Notes under the pieces: model-generated
Seen by the model: the letters and a program-made list of their open reading frames with translations, nothing else
What the model was told of the DNA's origin: nothing
The model's database searches: none
Assembly (NCBI GenBank): GCA_020536535.1
Contig: JAHLWZ010000698.1
Span: 1 to 37,681, forward strand
Direction: 5' to 3'
Source of the DNA: Pelomyxa schiedti
Lineage: Eukaryota; Protista; Evosea
DNA: 37,681 nucleotides
Part shown: piece after piece, positions 27,262-37,681 of the stretch
How the letters are laid out: every line of letters begins with the position of its first letter
How positions within the stretch are numbered: the first letter of the stretch is position 1
Made by a program: the position numbers and the translations under genes

Positions 27262-30200
27262 ATGCTGCTATCGTCGGGTGGTAGTGGCGTTCTGCTTCAA
27301 GTGGTTGGGTCCTTGCTCTCGGATATAAAGGAAACAAGAAATGCTGCTGAAGAGAAACTACATCAACTCGAGAAGCAAAACGGTTGTTTTCAATTTCTTC
27401 TTTGGACATTACTCACTCTCCAACTAGGTTTTGGTGTTGAGTTGGCTGTTACATCGCTCAAACAAGATATCCCCGTGCCGGCAAGACAGGTTTATTAAAA
27501 CCTCGCAAATTCTATTCTTTTTTACTATGTTTCAGATGGCAGCCATTGTTCTCAAGAACTATGTGAGGCAACATTGGGACTCAAAGTCATCTAAGTTTGT
27601 GGCCCCTCCAGTGGAATCAACTGACAAGCAGGCTCTCCGTGAAATACTCCCATTTGGTTTGGGTGATCCCGAATCGAAGATAAGAACTGCAGTGGTATAT
27701 CCACAACTTTAGCTTTTGTTCCATTCACTCATCACCCTATAAGTCCATGGTTATGGCCCAAATTGCACAGTGGGACTGGCCCTCCGAGTGGCCCACTCTT
27801 CTTTCTATATTAGTGGAATACCTCCGAGGTCAAAGCACTGAAAGGGTCAAAGGTGCTATCAGGTTGCCATCTTTCACTCACTCCTTTTTAACCTTTTTTT
27901 TTTGCTTGGCACCAGATGCCTCGATATGTTTGTTACAGGAGACGCCTTAAAGTCTGGAGCAATGCCCACAGTTATAGACTTACTTTTTCCTGAGCTACTA
28001 AGACTTTTTGTCTCTCCAACAGTACTTATTGACAAGCCATATAACAGCTCCCATAACACAATCAGGTTTACGACAATGAAGTTAGGGTAAAATCGCTGTT
28101 GATCATACACTCATGCCTGCAGTGGCTTTCAATCTCTGGAGTAAGCTGTTACTCCAATTTTGATTTAAAATGGGCCACACTGTAACCCCTTTGAAAAGGA
28201 TTCTGACGGGAAGGTCACCTCAGTTGTGTTTGGTCACAATCTTCCAACATGGGTTGCAGCGTTCGCCGCTGTATTACCAAACAATGATCCATCTGTGGCT
28301 TCTTCTGGGATCAAGATGGCTGCAGTAAATGTTGTAGTCATGAGTGTTTTAATTATAACATGACACCTATTCAGGTGATTACCCTCCTGATAACCGATTT
28401 TGAAAGCCAGATAGGCGCCTATGTACCCCAAATTGCACCCCACATTTGGGCTGAATTCCTACGCACACTACCTTTGTATCCTTTCTTTATTGTTCCTTCC
28501 AACTTTTTCTTTTGTTGTTCCTTTACTTTTAGCCCAAAGGTACGAATTTGCGTTTGTTCATGATACAGGGACTCAATTTCCACCAAATTCGTTGTTTCCT
28601 GGGCAACCACAAGCATCTGCTATATCACCAGGTCTTACAGTATTACTCTCTAAAGTGGAAGTTGATGGAGAATCCTACGGCTTGGAGGAATATGTAATTG
28701 CTTTACTGGAATGCCTTTGTTCCATAGCGTCGTCCTCTTTAAATGTTTCAGCTTAATTGGAAGCTTAACATCTAACTTTCGAGAAAGGGTATTTTCAAGA
28801 ATTCAATTAACGAACTGGTGCACACTGTTATCGGCTACATGCAAATTACGTCGGCTGAGGTACACAAAGGGGATAGTTTCCGCTTCGTTCACCCTTCCTC
28901 AGGTTGAGCTATGGTGCAGTGATTTAGCATCGTTTATAATGAGCAACTCCGCTTCATCATCGACACTTGGAGATGTCGACGATAATACTGTACGATCTGC
29001 CGCAGTTAATCTCTTAAAAGTGCCAGTCCTTCACCATTGAACAGCTTTTAATGTGAATTCCAGACAGTAACTGAGATGATTCCTGACACGAAAGATGCCA
29101 CTTGGACTGCAATCAACACCCGCTTACAGCAGTCAAATATGATGAAAGCCTCCAGACACCCCCATTGGTGTGTTTCCTCCCTTGCACGCCAGCTCACAAT
29201 TGTTTACAGGTGGAAAGTACAAGAAGCCAGTATATCAGCCTTGTGCATTGTCGATCACATTATACTACAAGTCAATGGTGTCTCTGTAACTGGAGTACTG
29301 CAATACCTCTTGTCAGACTGGGAGCTCTCAGGTACACTGAACAAATCAAAGTCTGCCTCACTTATGATTTTGCTACTACAGCGGAAAGCATGTCAAGTCC
29401 TAAGTACAGGCCTATACTCTTTGGTTGTAGCCTGTTTTGCATAACCAAATTTTGCATCCATCTGTGTATCGCATCAAATTCATGCAAGTCATCCTCAAAC
29501 ACCAGTATCAACACATTGATATGTACTACCTACATTCAACTTCTGATCGGTGCCTACATGCGGACAGTATCCATTTCACTGAAATCTGGAAATCAAATTT
29601 TAAGTGTTTTCACGTGCAAAGCTTTGACAATGTATTCCACTGCCCCACTATACAGTCATTAAAACCACACAGGGTTGCCCAGCACGTACAGCGGCAGTTG
29701 CATCACCACCGCGACGAAGAGGTGGAATCTATTGTATTGTTGATGTTTCAACCAGTCTTTCTACAGCAGACCGTTCTCCCATCCCTCGTTTCCCTCCTCG
29801 ACCCTTCTTATGAGCCTGAGCTACTTTGTGTTGTTCTGCAGACTGTACTTTTCATACTTGAAGTACATTAAATCCACCCCTCGAAATATCACCTCATTTT
29901 TATTACAGGTAAATAAAAGTGTGGCAGCTTGGTGTGAACCTACGTTAACAAGGGTTCTAGTAGGTGTTTGGTACAAACACTCTACAAACCCGCTCATAAC
30001 TTTATATATGCTTGAACTGTTTGAGCTACTGTGTTCCCTTACGCAGTGCCATTCCGATTTGATGGTACCACCGATTTGCGTTTGTCAGTTAGTTATCTAA
30101 CTACAAATCACCAACAGGAACAACTTTTACCAGTTGTCTTGGCAGCAATGGCTCTCCGTGGTACATTGTGGGGTGTTGCTCGTGGCAGTACTGTTCTACT

Positions 30201-31831
30201 TACAAGATTGATAGAAGCAGAGCCGCAGCTATCACCTCTTATTTCTCATCATGTTAAACTGGAATCTCCACCAAATACCCCTTCACCGTCCTCTTCACCA
30301 CCTCTTCTTAAACCCTCACTGTCAACATCCCCTCTAAACCCGAGCCAATTGCAATCAACATCACCACCGCCGTCACCATCACCACCACCAACACCTCAGT
30401 CAGCTGCCCGGTTGTTCAGTACTCTTCAAAGGGCTGTTAAGCTCCTTGAGGATTCCGGTGATACAGAAGTATTTTCCCACTTTACCCTGTGAAATAGCAA
30501 CCCACAAAATCCTAGGTTTTGCAAGCAGGCGCAGGGTGCATGAGAGCCTTCATTCATAAGATAGGTTCCTCTCACTGGAATTGGTTAGTCTCGTAAGTCT
30601 TTGGTAATTTTAACCAGTTACAATAGGGAAGGGAGCGCAAACTGCCTCCAAAGTATTGTAAACATAGTTGCAATGCTTCTGTATTCTAGGAGTGCAGGTG
30701 ACGCTAGTGCGGCAGCGGCCGCTCCCCTCGTCAGTTCCTTGATGCTCTATGTATGTCAGTTTTAAGTTGATCATATTCTCAGTCTCCTAGGTATCTGACA
30801 AGCTTGGTGGCGTTTCAAGAGAGATGTTCATTGCAATGACAAAGCGACTTCCCACAATTAAATCGACAGAAAATTTACTGGTAACTGGACCAAGCTATTT
30901 CTTCCCGACACTAATCAGAATGAAGCCGGTTTTAGGTGTTGTGGGTGAGTTACTATTTTTGGAAGCTTCACAAGTCATGCAAACTTTCAAGCAAATCGAC
31001 AATAACTGTCTTCAATTTGTAGCCACTCTCTGGGTGCAACACCACCATCAATTCCGTAAGATTCGTAGCCCTTTCGCGCTCAAAAAAAGGTTTCTCACGA
31101 TAGCTCTTCATTTATTGACTACTGTGTTAGTATTCTGGGTCTAGCAAAGCTCTTTGGTTCTTTTGATGAAAGCCTTATGACTTCCATGGTCGAACATAAG
31201 TGCTCCGCCGGTAACTCCCACACACATTAGAGCATTCTACAACTAACACTTGCTCCTGAAATAGGCCAAGCAACTAAAATACCTCTGGCACTAAAACTGC
31301 TAAAGATTCTTCTTCTGGAACACCGAATGGCGGACCCAGATGCCAACATTACTCTACTCGTAAACCCTATACTTTTCCTTTCTGTATTGACACACAACAG
31401 CAAGACGAGAACGATACCGAGAAAGGAGGCGGAGAACCAAAGGATTCATGTGATGAAGGTGCAGGTGAAGTCCTAACACCTTCAAGTATGCACAAAGTAC
31501 CCCCGTTATTTGTTTTCTTATTACCGGCTTTTCACCAGGTGAAGAGGATGATGAAGAAGAGTCAGAAGATGAAGACGAGGATTTGTTGTATACACAAGAC
31601 AACCCGATTTTCAAAATCGATGTAAAGGTAAAAAAACCAAAACAATCCACTCACATTCCACACCACTCTTTACAAGATACTAACATTATGATTCAGAAGT
31701 ATTTGGAAGACATGTTTGTTGCTCAAGTAAGAGGGAACACCACATGCGGGGTACTACGCATGCTGTTTGAGCAGCTCACCCTACACGAGAAAAACTATTT
31801 TGTAAACATGTTGAAGAAACTGTCTATTTGA
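27262..31831 (+). CDS. IPO9: Importin-9 (karyopherin-beta family), multi-exon
   Basis: IBN_N-like RNAAEEKL...RQ|MAAIVLKNYVRQHW, LPFGLGDPESKIRTAV, IAQWDWPSEWPTLL, VDGESYGLEEYV, GYMQIT, HW|WKVQEA, and an acidic C-terminal loop followed by DNPIFKIDVK. Start codon is inferred. Confidence 0.88.
28476..28539 (+). other. U12-type (minor spliceosome) GT-AG intron in importin-9
   Basis: Donor GTATCCTTT, branch-point-like TTCCTTTAC at 28518-28526, and a frame-restoring AG at 28538-28539. Confidence 0.75.
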
Positions 31832-31911
31832 AAATGAACACCACATGCATAACAGAATCCACCCCCAACTACAGTCACAAAAACTTCATCAAAATATTAA
31901 CACAAACCGTT

Positions 31912-32957
31912 TTATGGCTTATGAGTCTTTTCTAGTGGTTTAGCTGCAAAAAGTCAGTGTATTGTTGGGCTAAAAAGGAAACTACTCGAAGTAGGTTGCT
32001 TGTGAGCCTCAAGTGCTAGAATTGTGGCCAAGTCAATGTCCATTTCCCGCAAACGGTCAATAAGCCCTTTCATGGTTTTTTTCGTTTCTTCTAATTCCTG
32101 TGTGGTTTTGGAATGATACTTCAGATTGGTTTGGAGCCAACCTGCCTTAAGCCATTCCGTTTAGCTAGTACAGCGTCCCTCTCAGCAGGGTCGATCATAG
32201 TAGGTCCCTAGAGAGTAGTGGTCTAAAACGTAAAAAATCAAAACAAGTGGATAAACAAAACATAGCAAAAGCAAAAGCAAAAGCAAAAGCAAAAGCAAAA
32301 GCAAAAGCAAAAGCAAAAGCAAAAGCAAAAGCAAAAGCAAAAACAAAAACAAAAGCAAAAACAAAAACAAAAACAAAAACAAAAACGCGCGGGCACAGTC
32401 ACCCTTGTAGGATACTACTAGTACACCACGCAACAACACAGTCTCGAACATACAGTCTCGAGGTCGCGGACTACGACGCGCAGCAGTGCCATGTTCCTTG
32501 TGATCGTGCCGGTGCACTGGTCCAGCTTCTCCTTCTCCATCTGTGTCATCCCTGCGCACAGCACCCTCACGCTCTGCACTATCTCCGCAACTTGCCTCAC
32601 CCCCGCACCCCCTCCTGTCCCTGTCCCCCCATCGTCCCCGTCCCCGTCGCCATCGCCACCTGGTCCTGCTGCCCAGCCCCTCCCGTGCCCAGGCCCCTGT
32701 GGCCAGCCACATCCCCGGTCGTGCGGGGGGGCAATATCATCCCCCTGCGCCTCGGTTGCCGTGCCAAACGACGACGACGACGTGGTCGTGGTGGTGGAAG
32801 TGGTGCTTGTACTACTACTACTACTCGCCTGTGTTGTTGATGTAGATGTTGCCATTGAGGAGGAGGCAGACGTGGAGGCGTCCGGGGCTTGCAGTGTGTC
32901 GGTGAGGGCGACGTCGATGGGTGGGGGAGGGGGTGTGGTATGCGGCCCCGACGTCAT
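31912..32957 (-). CDS. Hypothetical protein with Ser/Thr/Gly-rich N-terminus and C-terminal coiled coil (weak Mediator Med30-like resemblance)
   Basis: Exon 1 MTSGPH...RDLET followed by a GTATGT donor. Later exons GPTMIDPAERDAVLAKRNGLRQ|ELEETKKTMKGLIDRLREMDIDLATILAL join in frame. Confidence 0.55.
32265..32384. repeat. Hexanucleotide microsatellite (GCAAAA/ACAAAA) x20, intronic
   Basis: 13 perfect GCAAAA units followed by mixed ACAAAA/GCAAAA units, inside intron 1 of the 31912-32957 gene. Confidence 0.95.
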
Positions 32958-33081
32958 GGTGTGACTGATGGGTAGTGCCGATCAAAGATAAACAAGTTGT
33001 TTGTATTGTAATCAGAGATGAGCGCAAAACGAAATGACAACCAAAAGGGGGGTAGGGTGTGGGTGGGTGTGTCGTCAGAGA

Positions 33082-36000
33082 TCAGAGCATGCCCGTCTTC
33101 TTCTTTGGTTTTGCCCATTTGCCTAGAGTGGTCTTGATGAAGTCGTCAGTGGATTGGGAGTCTGGTGTGGCACTACTAGTTGAGTGAAGGTTAACTGTTG
33201 TTGTTAAATATAAGGTGTGGGAGATACTGACCTCATTTGGCTTGGCGGCCGGCTGGGATATGATGCAAACGGCGAAGGGGTGGGTGCTTGTGAATGCGGC
33301 AGCTGGGACGACGAGGTGGTGGTTGTTGTGGTTGTTGATTGGGTTGGGGGTTTTGCTGCAGATTTGGTGTACAATGGGGGAAGTGTCCTCCGGGATGAAG
33401 ATTGGGTTGATTGCGATGGAGCGGGACTTTGGGATAGGAGTTGTGACGGCGGTGGAACATTTGGACGCACGTCCTGACAATTGGTTACCAAGAAACAAAA
33501 GGAAAAAAGATAAAAGTGTACCAGAGGAGGAGGTGCGGCAGCTGTTTTCTTGGTTGACTTCTTTGTAGTTGTTTTCTCTGCTGCCTTCTTTTTTGGGGCT
33601 TTGGTTGCAGTCTGAACCCCAGTCAGATAATAATCATTAGTTTATAAAACATCATACCTTTGGTGCAGCAGTCCTTCTTCTCTTTTGCACAGGTTGTTTG
33701 GTTTGTTTCGGTATTGCCGGGCCTTTCTTCTTGGAAGGTGCGACAGCATCTTCAGAGTCTTCATCTCCTTCATTGTCGTCATCCGGTCTGGCCTCTATGA
33801 AGTATGGGATTGGGAATTATATAAAGAGTGGATCACCCTAGATGTGGAAATGAGGAACCAAAAGTAGAGGCTGACCTACTTCGTTTTTCATGTTATCAAC
33901 CCATTCGGAATTGGACAGCATTTTCAAAATGTGGTCGGCATCGTCTGGTTCATCTGCTTTGGCTTCCGCTTCCCCGGGTTTGAATGCCTGCCGTCCATCA
34001 ACAATATCAAAAGATAGGAAGCACATACAGCTGAAGAAATAGAGGTTTGCTTGGCGTAACTCCGAATCATCTCCACAATCTCCTCTGGGTCAGGCACCAC
34101 GCTTATTGTTTTGGCAAGATGAGTTTGTTGCATTTTCAAAATATTTTCGATGCACCTTGCCAATACATTAGTGAACAAATAGGAGTCTCGAGGAGGCTTG
34201 GGGAAAAAAGAGGAAAGTTACGGGCATACTCCACAAATGCATTGCTCTCATTCTTCGAAACAAAGGCTTGTGTGGCATGTAGTAAGTCATTGTGCGGAAT
34301 AATTCGAAGTCCATCTGTTTCCAGTATTTCCAGCAGCAGGTTGTCCACTCCTAAACGTGCAGCACCCTCGCCTGACACATCTGTACCGTCATCTGTTCCT
34401 CTGTCACGTGAGCGGTTTAATATAGCCTCTGGGTCCATGTCCATGGCCGTGGCCATAGCTGTGCTCTATCCGAAAATGGGAAAATAAGTCTTCATGCATT
34501 AAGATACCCTGGGAATTGCTTTTTTCTTCCAAATGAGAATATCTGATGGATTGGCAACATGATTTACATATGCTTGGCCGAATCTTCCACCACCTACTGT
34601 TGGGTAGTCTGTATGATCGACCTTTGCTGTGTTAATTGTTAAAGAGCAGTGAGTAACGTGTAACTTGAAGTCTGATTAGGGGAAGCCTCAATCTTGGATC
34701 AAGCGCTGGTGAGGCGTTGGTTTGTGCAAGTTCAACCATTTGATTCACCTTTGCAGTGAGGCACCTTGTCACTGCTTCAGGTTCTTTGGGTAAATCCTAA
34801 GCAGGTAAATTTGATTATAAAGTACGAGATGAAACTCTAACCTCTTGCTCAGAGAGCTTAATAGTGTCGTAAATAAAAGGCCTGACGTTTACAAGTGGTA
34901 TCGGCTCGAGACGGAATTTGTCACCATTAATGTGAAGTAACCCAACGTGCCTGAAACAGTGTTAACCGCAAAAGGATGTATGAGTTGGGTCACTTTTTCT
35001 TTGCTTCTCCCTCAGTCAAGGAAACGGCAACACTGGAACCTGGTTGGCATACAAAGAATTGGGCATCGGCACTTTGTTCAGGGGTAATCATGGACTCATG
35101 CTCATGACCCCATACAACGAAGTCCAAGAAGTCATCCAAGAATTTTTCTGGTATGAAATTACGGGCAGCCCTCGGGAATCTGTGCTCAGTACTCAGTCTG
35201 GTCCTGAGGGAATAACATAAATCAACCTGTTTTGGTGGATCATCATAACAGTGAACCATTTGTCCTCTTGCTCAGCTGGCCGGATCAACTTGACATGTTT
35301 GGCTTCAAAAGTGCGTCTCAGACGTTCATCTCTTATGTTTCCTAGGCCATAAATTGCAACTTTCGTCTCCCCTACACTAATTAAAAAGCGGTAAAGCTTT
35401 GGTCGCACACCTTTCTCGAAAAGCAAGGGATACATAACGATATCGTCGATTCGATTTGTTTTTCCAAAGTAATTGATGTAGCCAGAGACTGAGAGTAGAT
35501 CGAGGCCAGAGTAACCCCCCTTTGTATGGGTTGAAGGATCAATCTCGATAGGCTCTACTAACCCCAGACGGGTCGTCATGGTTTCCATGAATGGCAAAGA
35601 TTGGCATTTCCACATTGAAATTTGGGTCCTCATAATTTGCCCTTGGGAATGGGCCCGTGAAACTGAGTGAAGGATCACTGACCATGCGGACTCCAACGGC
35701 CCTGTCGCCCATGCAGTACTTCCTAAATTTCTGTTAAATCTCACAAATCTTAACAACGCTATACCGCAGCAACTCTATGGTTTTGTGGAGAGTTTGTCTA
35801 GACGGCTTGTTTTCATGGAACAAATCTCCACCAAAAATCATAAAATCAGCGTTTTTATTCTTAGCCATTTGTAGTATCTCCTCAAACACAATAAAAGAGT
35901 CTGCTCCCCTTTGCGTAGTTTTTAATGAATGAGAAGAAAATAAGGAGGAAAAAGTACCGACCTGATAGGGTCTTTTTCATCAAACCCAAGATGCGTGTCT

Positions 36001-36260
36001 GTGGCTATCATAATACGCATCGTCGACTGCATCGAAACAACAACAACAAAGTGAGCAAACACAGTCACAACCCCAACAATAAGTATAGCTGTCGTACTAC
36101 GATCACACACAACACACACAACACACGCAACACACACAACACACACCGATTCCATCTGGCTCGTTGTTGGCGCCTCGCCCTCCCCGTCGCCCCCGCCCCC
36201 GCCCACGGCCACGCCACCTCCCGCTCCCCCGCCACCACTACCGTCTCCATCGGACGACAT
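33082..36260 (-). CDS. MRE11: Double-strand break repair nuclease MRE11, multi-exon
   Basis: MRIMIATDTHLG, GGDLFHENKPSR, NYEDPNFNVEMPIFAIHGNHDDPSG, YGLGNIRDERL, HQNR, VVWGHEHE, QPGSSVAVSL. Confidence 0.95.
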
Positions 36261-36524
36261 GTTTTATGTTTGTTATTAAATGGCTTGGGAGGACCTGCTG
36301 ATTTGTGATTGGGAACCTGGATCAGGGGCTCGGGAGAACTGCGAGAGGAACAACTGACTCCAGAAAAACAGGGTAGAAGAAGAACTTCTTAAAACAAAGA
36401 TGTCTCGCTGCTGCCACCCACTTCCACAATTGTGTGAAGAAACCGGACCCCTGTTTTTAACCTAGAGTCGTTGCCATTCTCTTTTTCTTAAATCACAAGT
36501 GATAAAACGGCCAATGAGGCATTT

Positions 36525-36624
36525 NNNNNNNNNNNNNNNNNNNNNNNNNNNNNNNNNNNNNNNNNNNNNNNNNNNNNNNNNNNNNNNNNNNNNNNNNNNN
36601 NNNNNNNNNNNNNNNNNNNNNNNN
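36525..36624. other. Assembly gap (100 N placeholder)
   Basis: 100 N immediately before the duplicated block. Confidence 0.98.
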
Positions 36625-36637
36625 TTCTTCAAAATAG

Positions 36638-37260
36638 TGATGCACCCAGTGAAAATGACTACTCCCTTGGAATTCTCATTCAATTTGGAAAGTTGTTGTA
36701 TTCTACAACAGGGGACTTGTCTGGCGAATACTATGGCAGCTACAACAGTGCGCCACTCTAAACTAGTAACTTTCACTAACTAGATTGGCATTAGATGTGG
36801 AAAACTACACCTATCCTCGGATCGGCTCCGTTGATGTCATGAAGGTGAATCACCATGGGTCTAGTCACTCTACCTCAGATGCTTGGGTCAACGCACTTTC
36901 TCCAACAGTGCGAAACTCTCAGAACCTCTTTGAGTGGCTAAAGCGCGATAGGTTTCCTTGATAAGCGTAGGAGCAACCAATACGTATAGCCACCCAGCCC
37001 AAGCTATATTGGACAAGCTCCAAGCAGCCGGCAGTGATGTCTACACAACTCAAAAAGGAAACCCGGTGTGCCTTTTGTACAAAACACTCTACCTCCCCAC
37101 TGACTCTGCACAGACCGCGAACTATGGCAACACCACAGTGGCCAACAGTGATATCATAATCACTAGCTACGATGGGGAAACCTTCACAGTCCAAGCTGGA
37201 AACATCACTAGAACGTATTCCTCCAAGAAAAACAACAAACCCCCAACATGCAAAACGTAA
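36638..37260 (+). CDS. 3' exons of a second copy of the ComEC/Rec2-type MBL hydrolase (5' part lost in gap)
   Basis: SENDYS, GDL, KVNHHGS, ISVGATNTYSHP...KPPTCKT*, the same protein sequence as 22440-23073. Confidence 0.8.
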
Positions 37261-37353
37261 ATCGAACAACAAAACCTCAATGTTTCATTCTTGTTGTAAA
37301 AATGCATTACGGTATGAAAGTCGGTGCTGTTCCAGGCCATGTTGTTGGGTTGG

Positions 37354-37681
37354 TTAAAGTTCATGTCTGTACATGTCCAATGTGGTGTGTGCGGAGTAAG
37401 GAAGTGTAGGTGAGTGCTTGCATTTGTACCGTTTTGGCGATGGGGGGTTGGTTTCATTGATGAGTTTGTTTCTGGTATTTCTTTGCTCGGTTGGGGTGTC
37501 TTCACCATATATCCGCCATCTCAGTCCACAGGCATTGCAAAGGCTGAGGAGATGTTAGTCTTGTGTAATGGATGGAGGGGGCATACGTGGCTGAACCATC
37601 GGGACCTTGCCGCCATTGGGGTGAGGAATGAGTTCCACACCATTGACAGGGCACTTTGGAGATAAGCTTGGGTTTGGAGTC
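37354..37681 (-). CDS. 3' part of a second copy of the GATA zinc-finger gene (continues beyond window end)
   Basis: CQWC...LCNACGLRWR, then ...NETNPPSPKR...HEL* (TAA 37354-37356). Confidence 0.75.

Larger units (their letters stand above)
36625..37681 (+). repeat. Diverged duplicate (paralog or alternative haplotype) of 22427-23490
   Basis: Colinear, near-identical sequence with scattered substitutions and small indels. Confidence 0.95.

Noticed and set aside
16718-31831. Functional cluster of nuclear transport genes (NTF2, NMD3, IPO9)
   Set aside because: Interspersed with unrelated genes in mixed orientation; cannot be distinguished from chance without synteny data.
32182-32840. ORFs with poly-Leu (-) and (AK)n (+) tracts
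   Set aside because: Both are translations of an intronic GCAAAA microsatellite plus off-frame or antisense GC-rich exon sequence.

Overview
Gene-dense eukaryotic scaffold, not prokaryotic. Genes are split by many very short (mostly ~40-60 nt) spliceosomal introns, so the supplied ORF track shows only exon fragments. Splicing by eye gives, in order: the 5' end of an unknown gene (-), a ~385-bp tandem repeat, an ~850-bp degenerate palindrome, a decayed Roco-type (LRR-Roc-COR-kinase) gene (+), ETF:quinone oxidoreductase (-), RNA polymerase III largest subunit (-), NTF2 (+), a membrane-anchored GBP/atlastin-family GTPase (-), a ComEC/Rec2-type metallo-beta-lactamase-fold hydrolase (+), a GATA zinc-finger gene (-), NMD3 (+), importin-9 (+), a small coiled-coil protein weakly resembling Med30 (-) and MRE11 (-). 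After a 100-N gap there is a diverged second copy of the hydrolase/GATA junction. Gene content and intron style suggest a protist, possibly an amoebozoan such as an archamoeba (inference only). The most notable signals are a U12-type (minor spliceosome) intron in importin-9, three GC-AG introns forced by protein conservation, a bacterial-type ComEC hydrolase carrying a lysosomal-type dileucine motif head-to-head with an unusual GBP, and the large colinear palindrome. All gene models are manual and exon boundaries are unverified.
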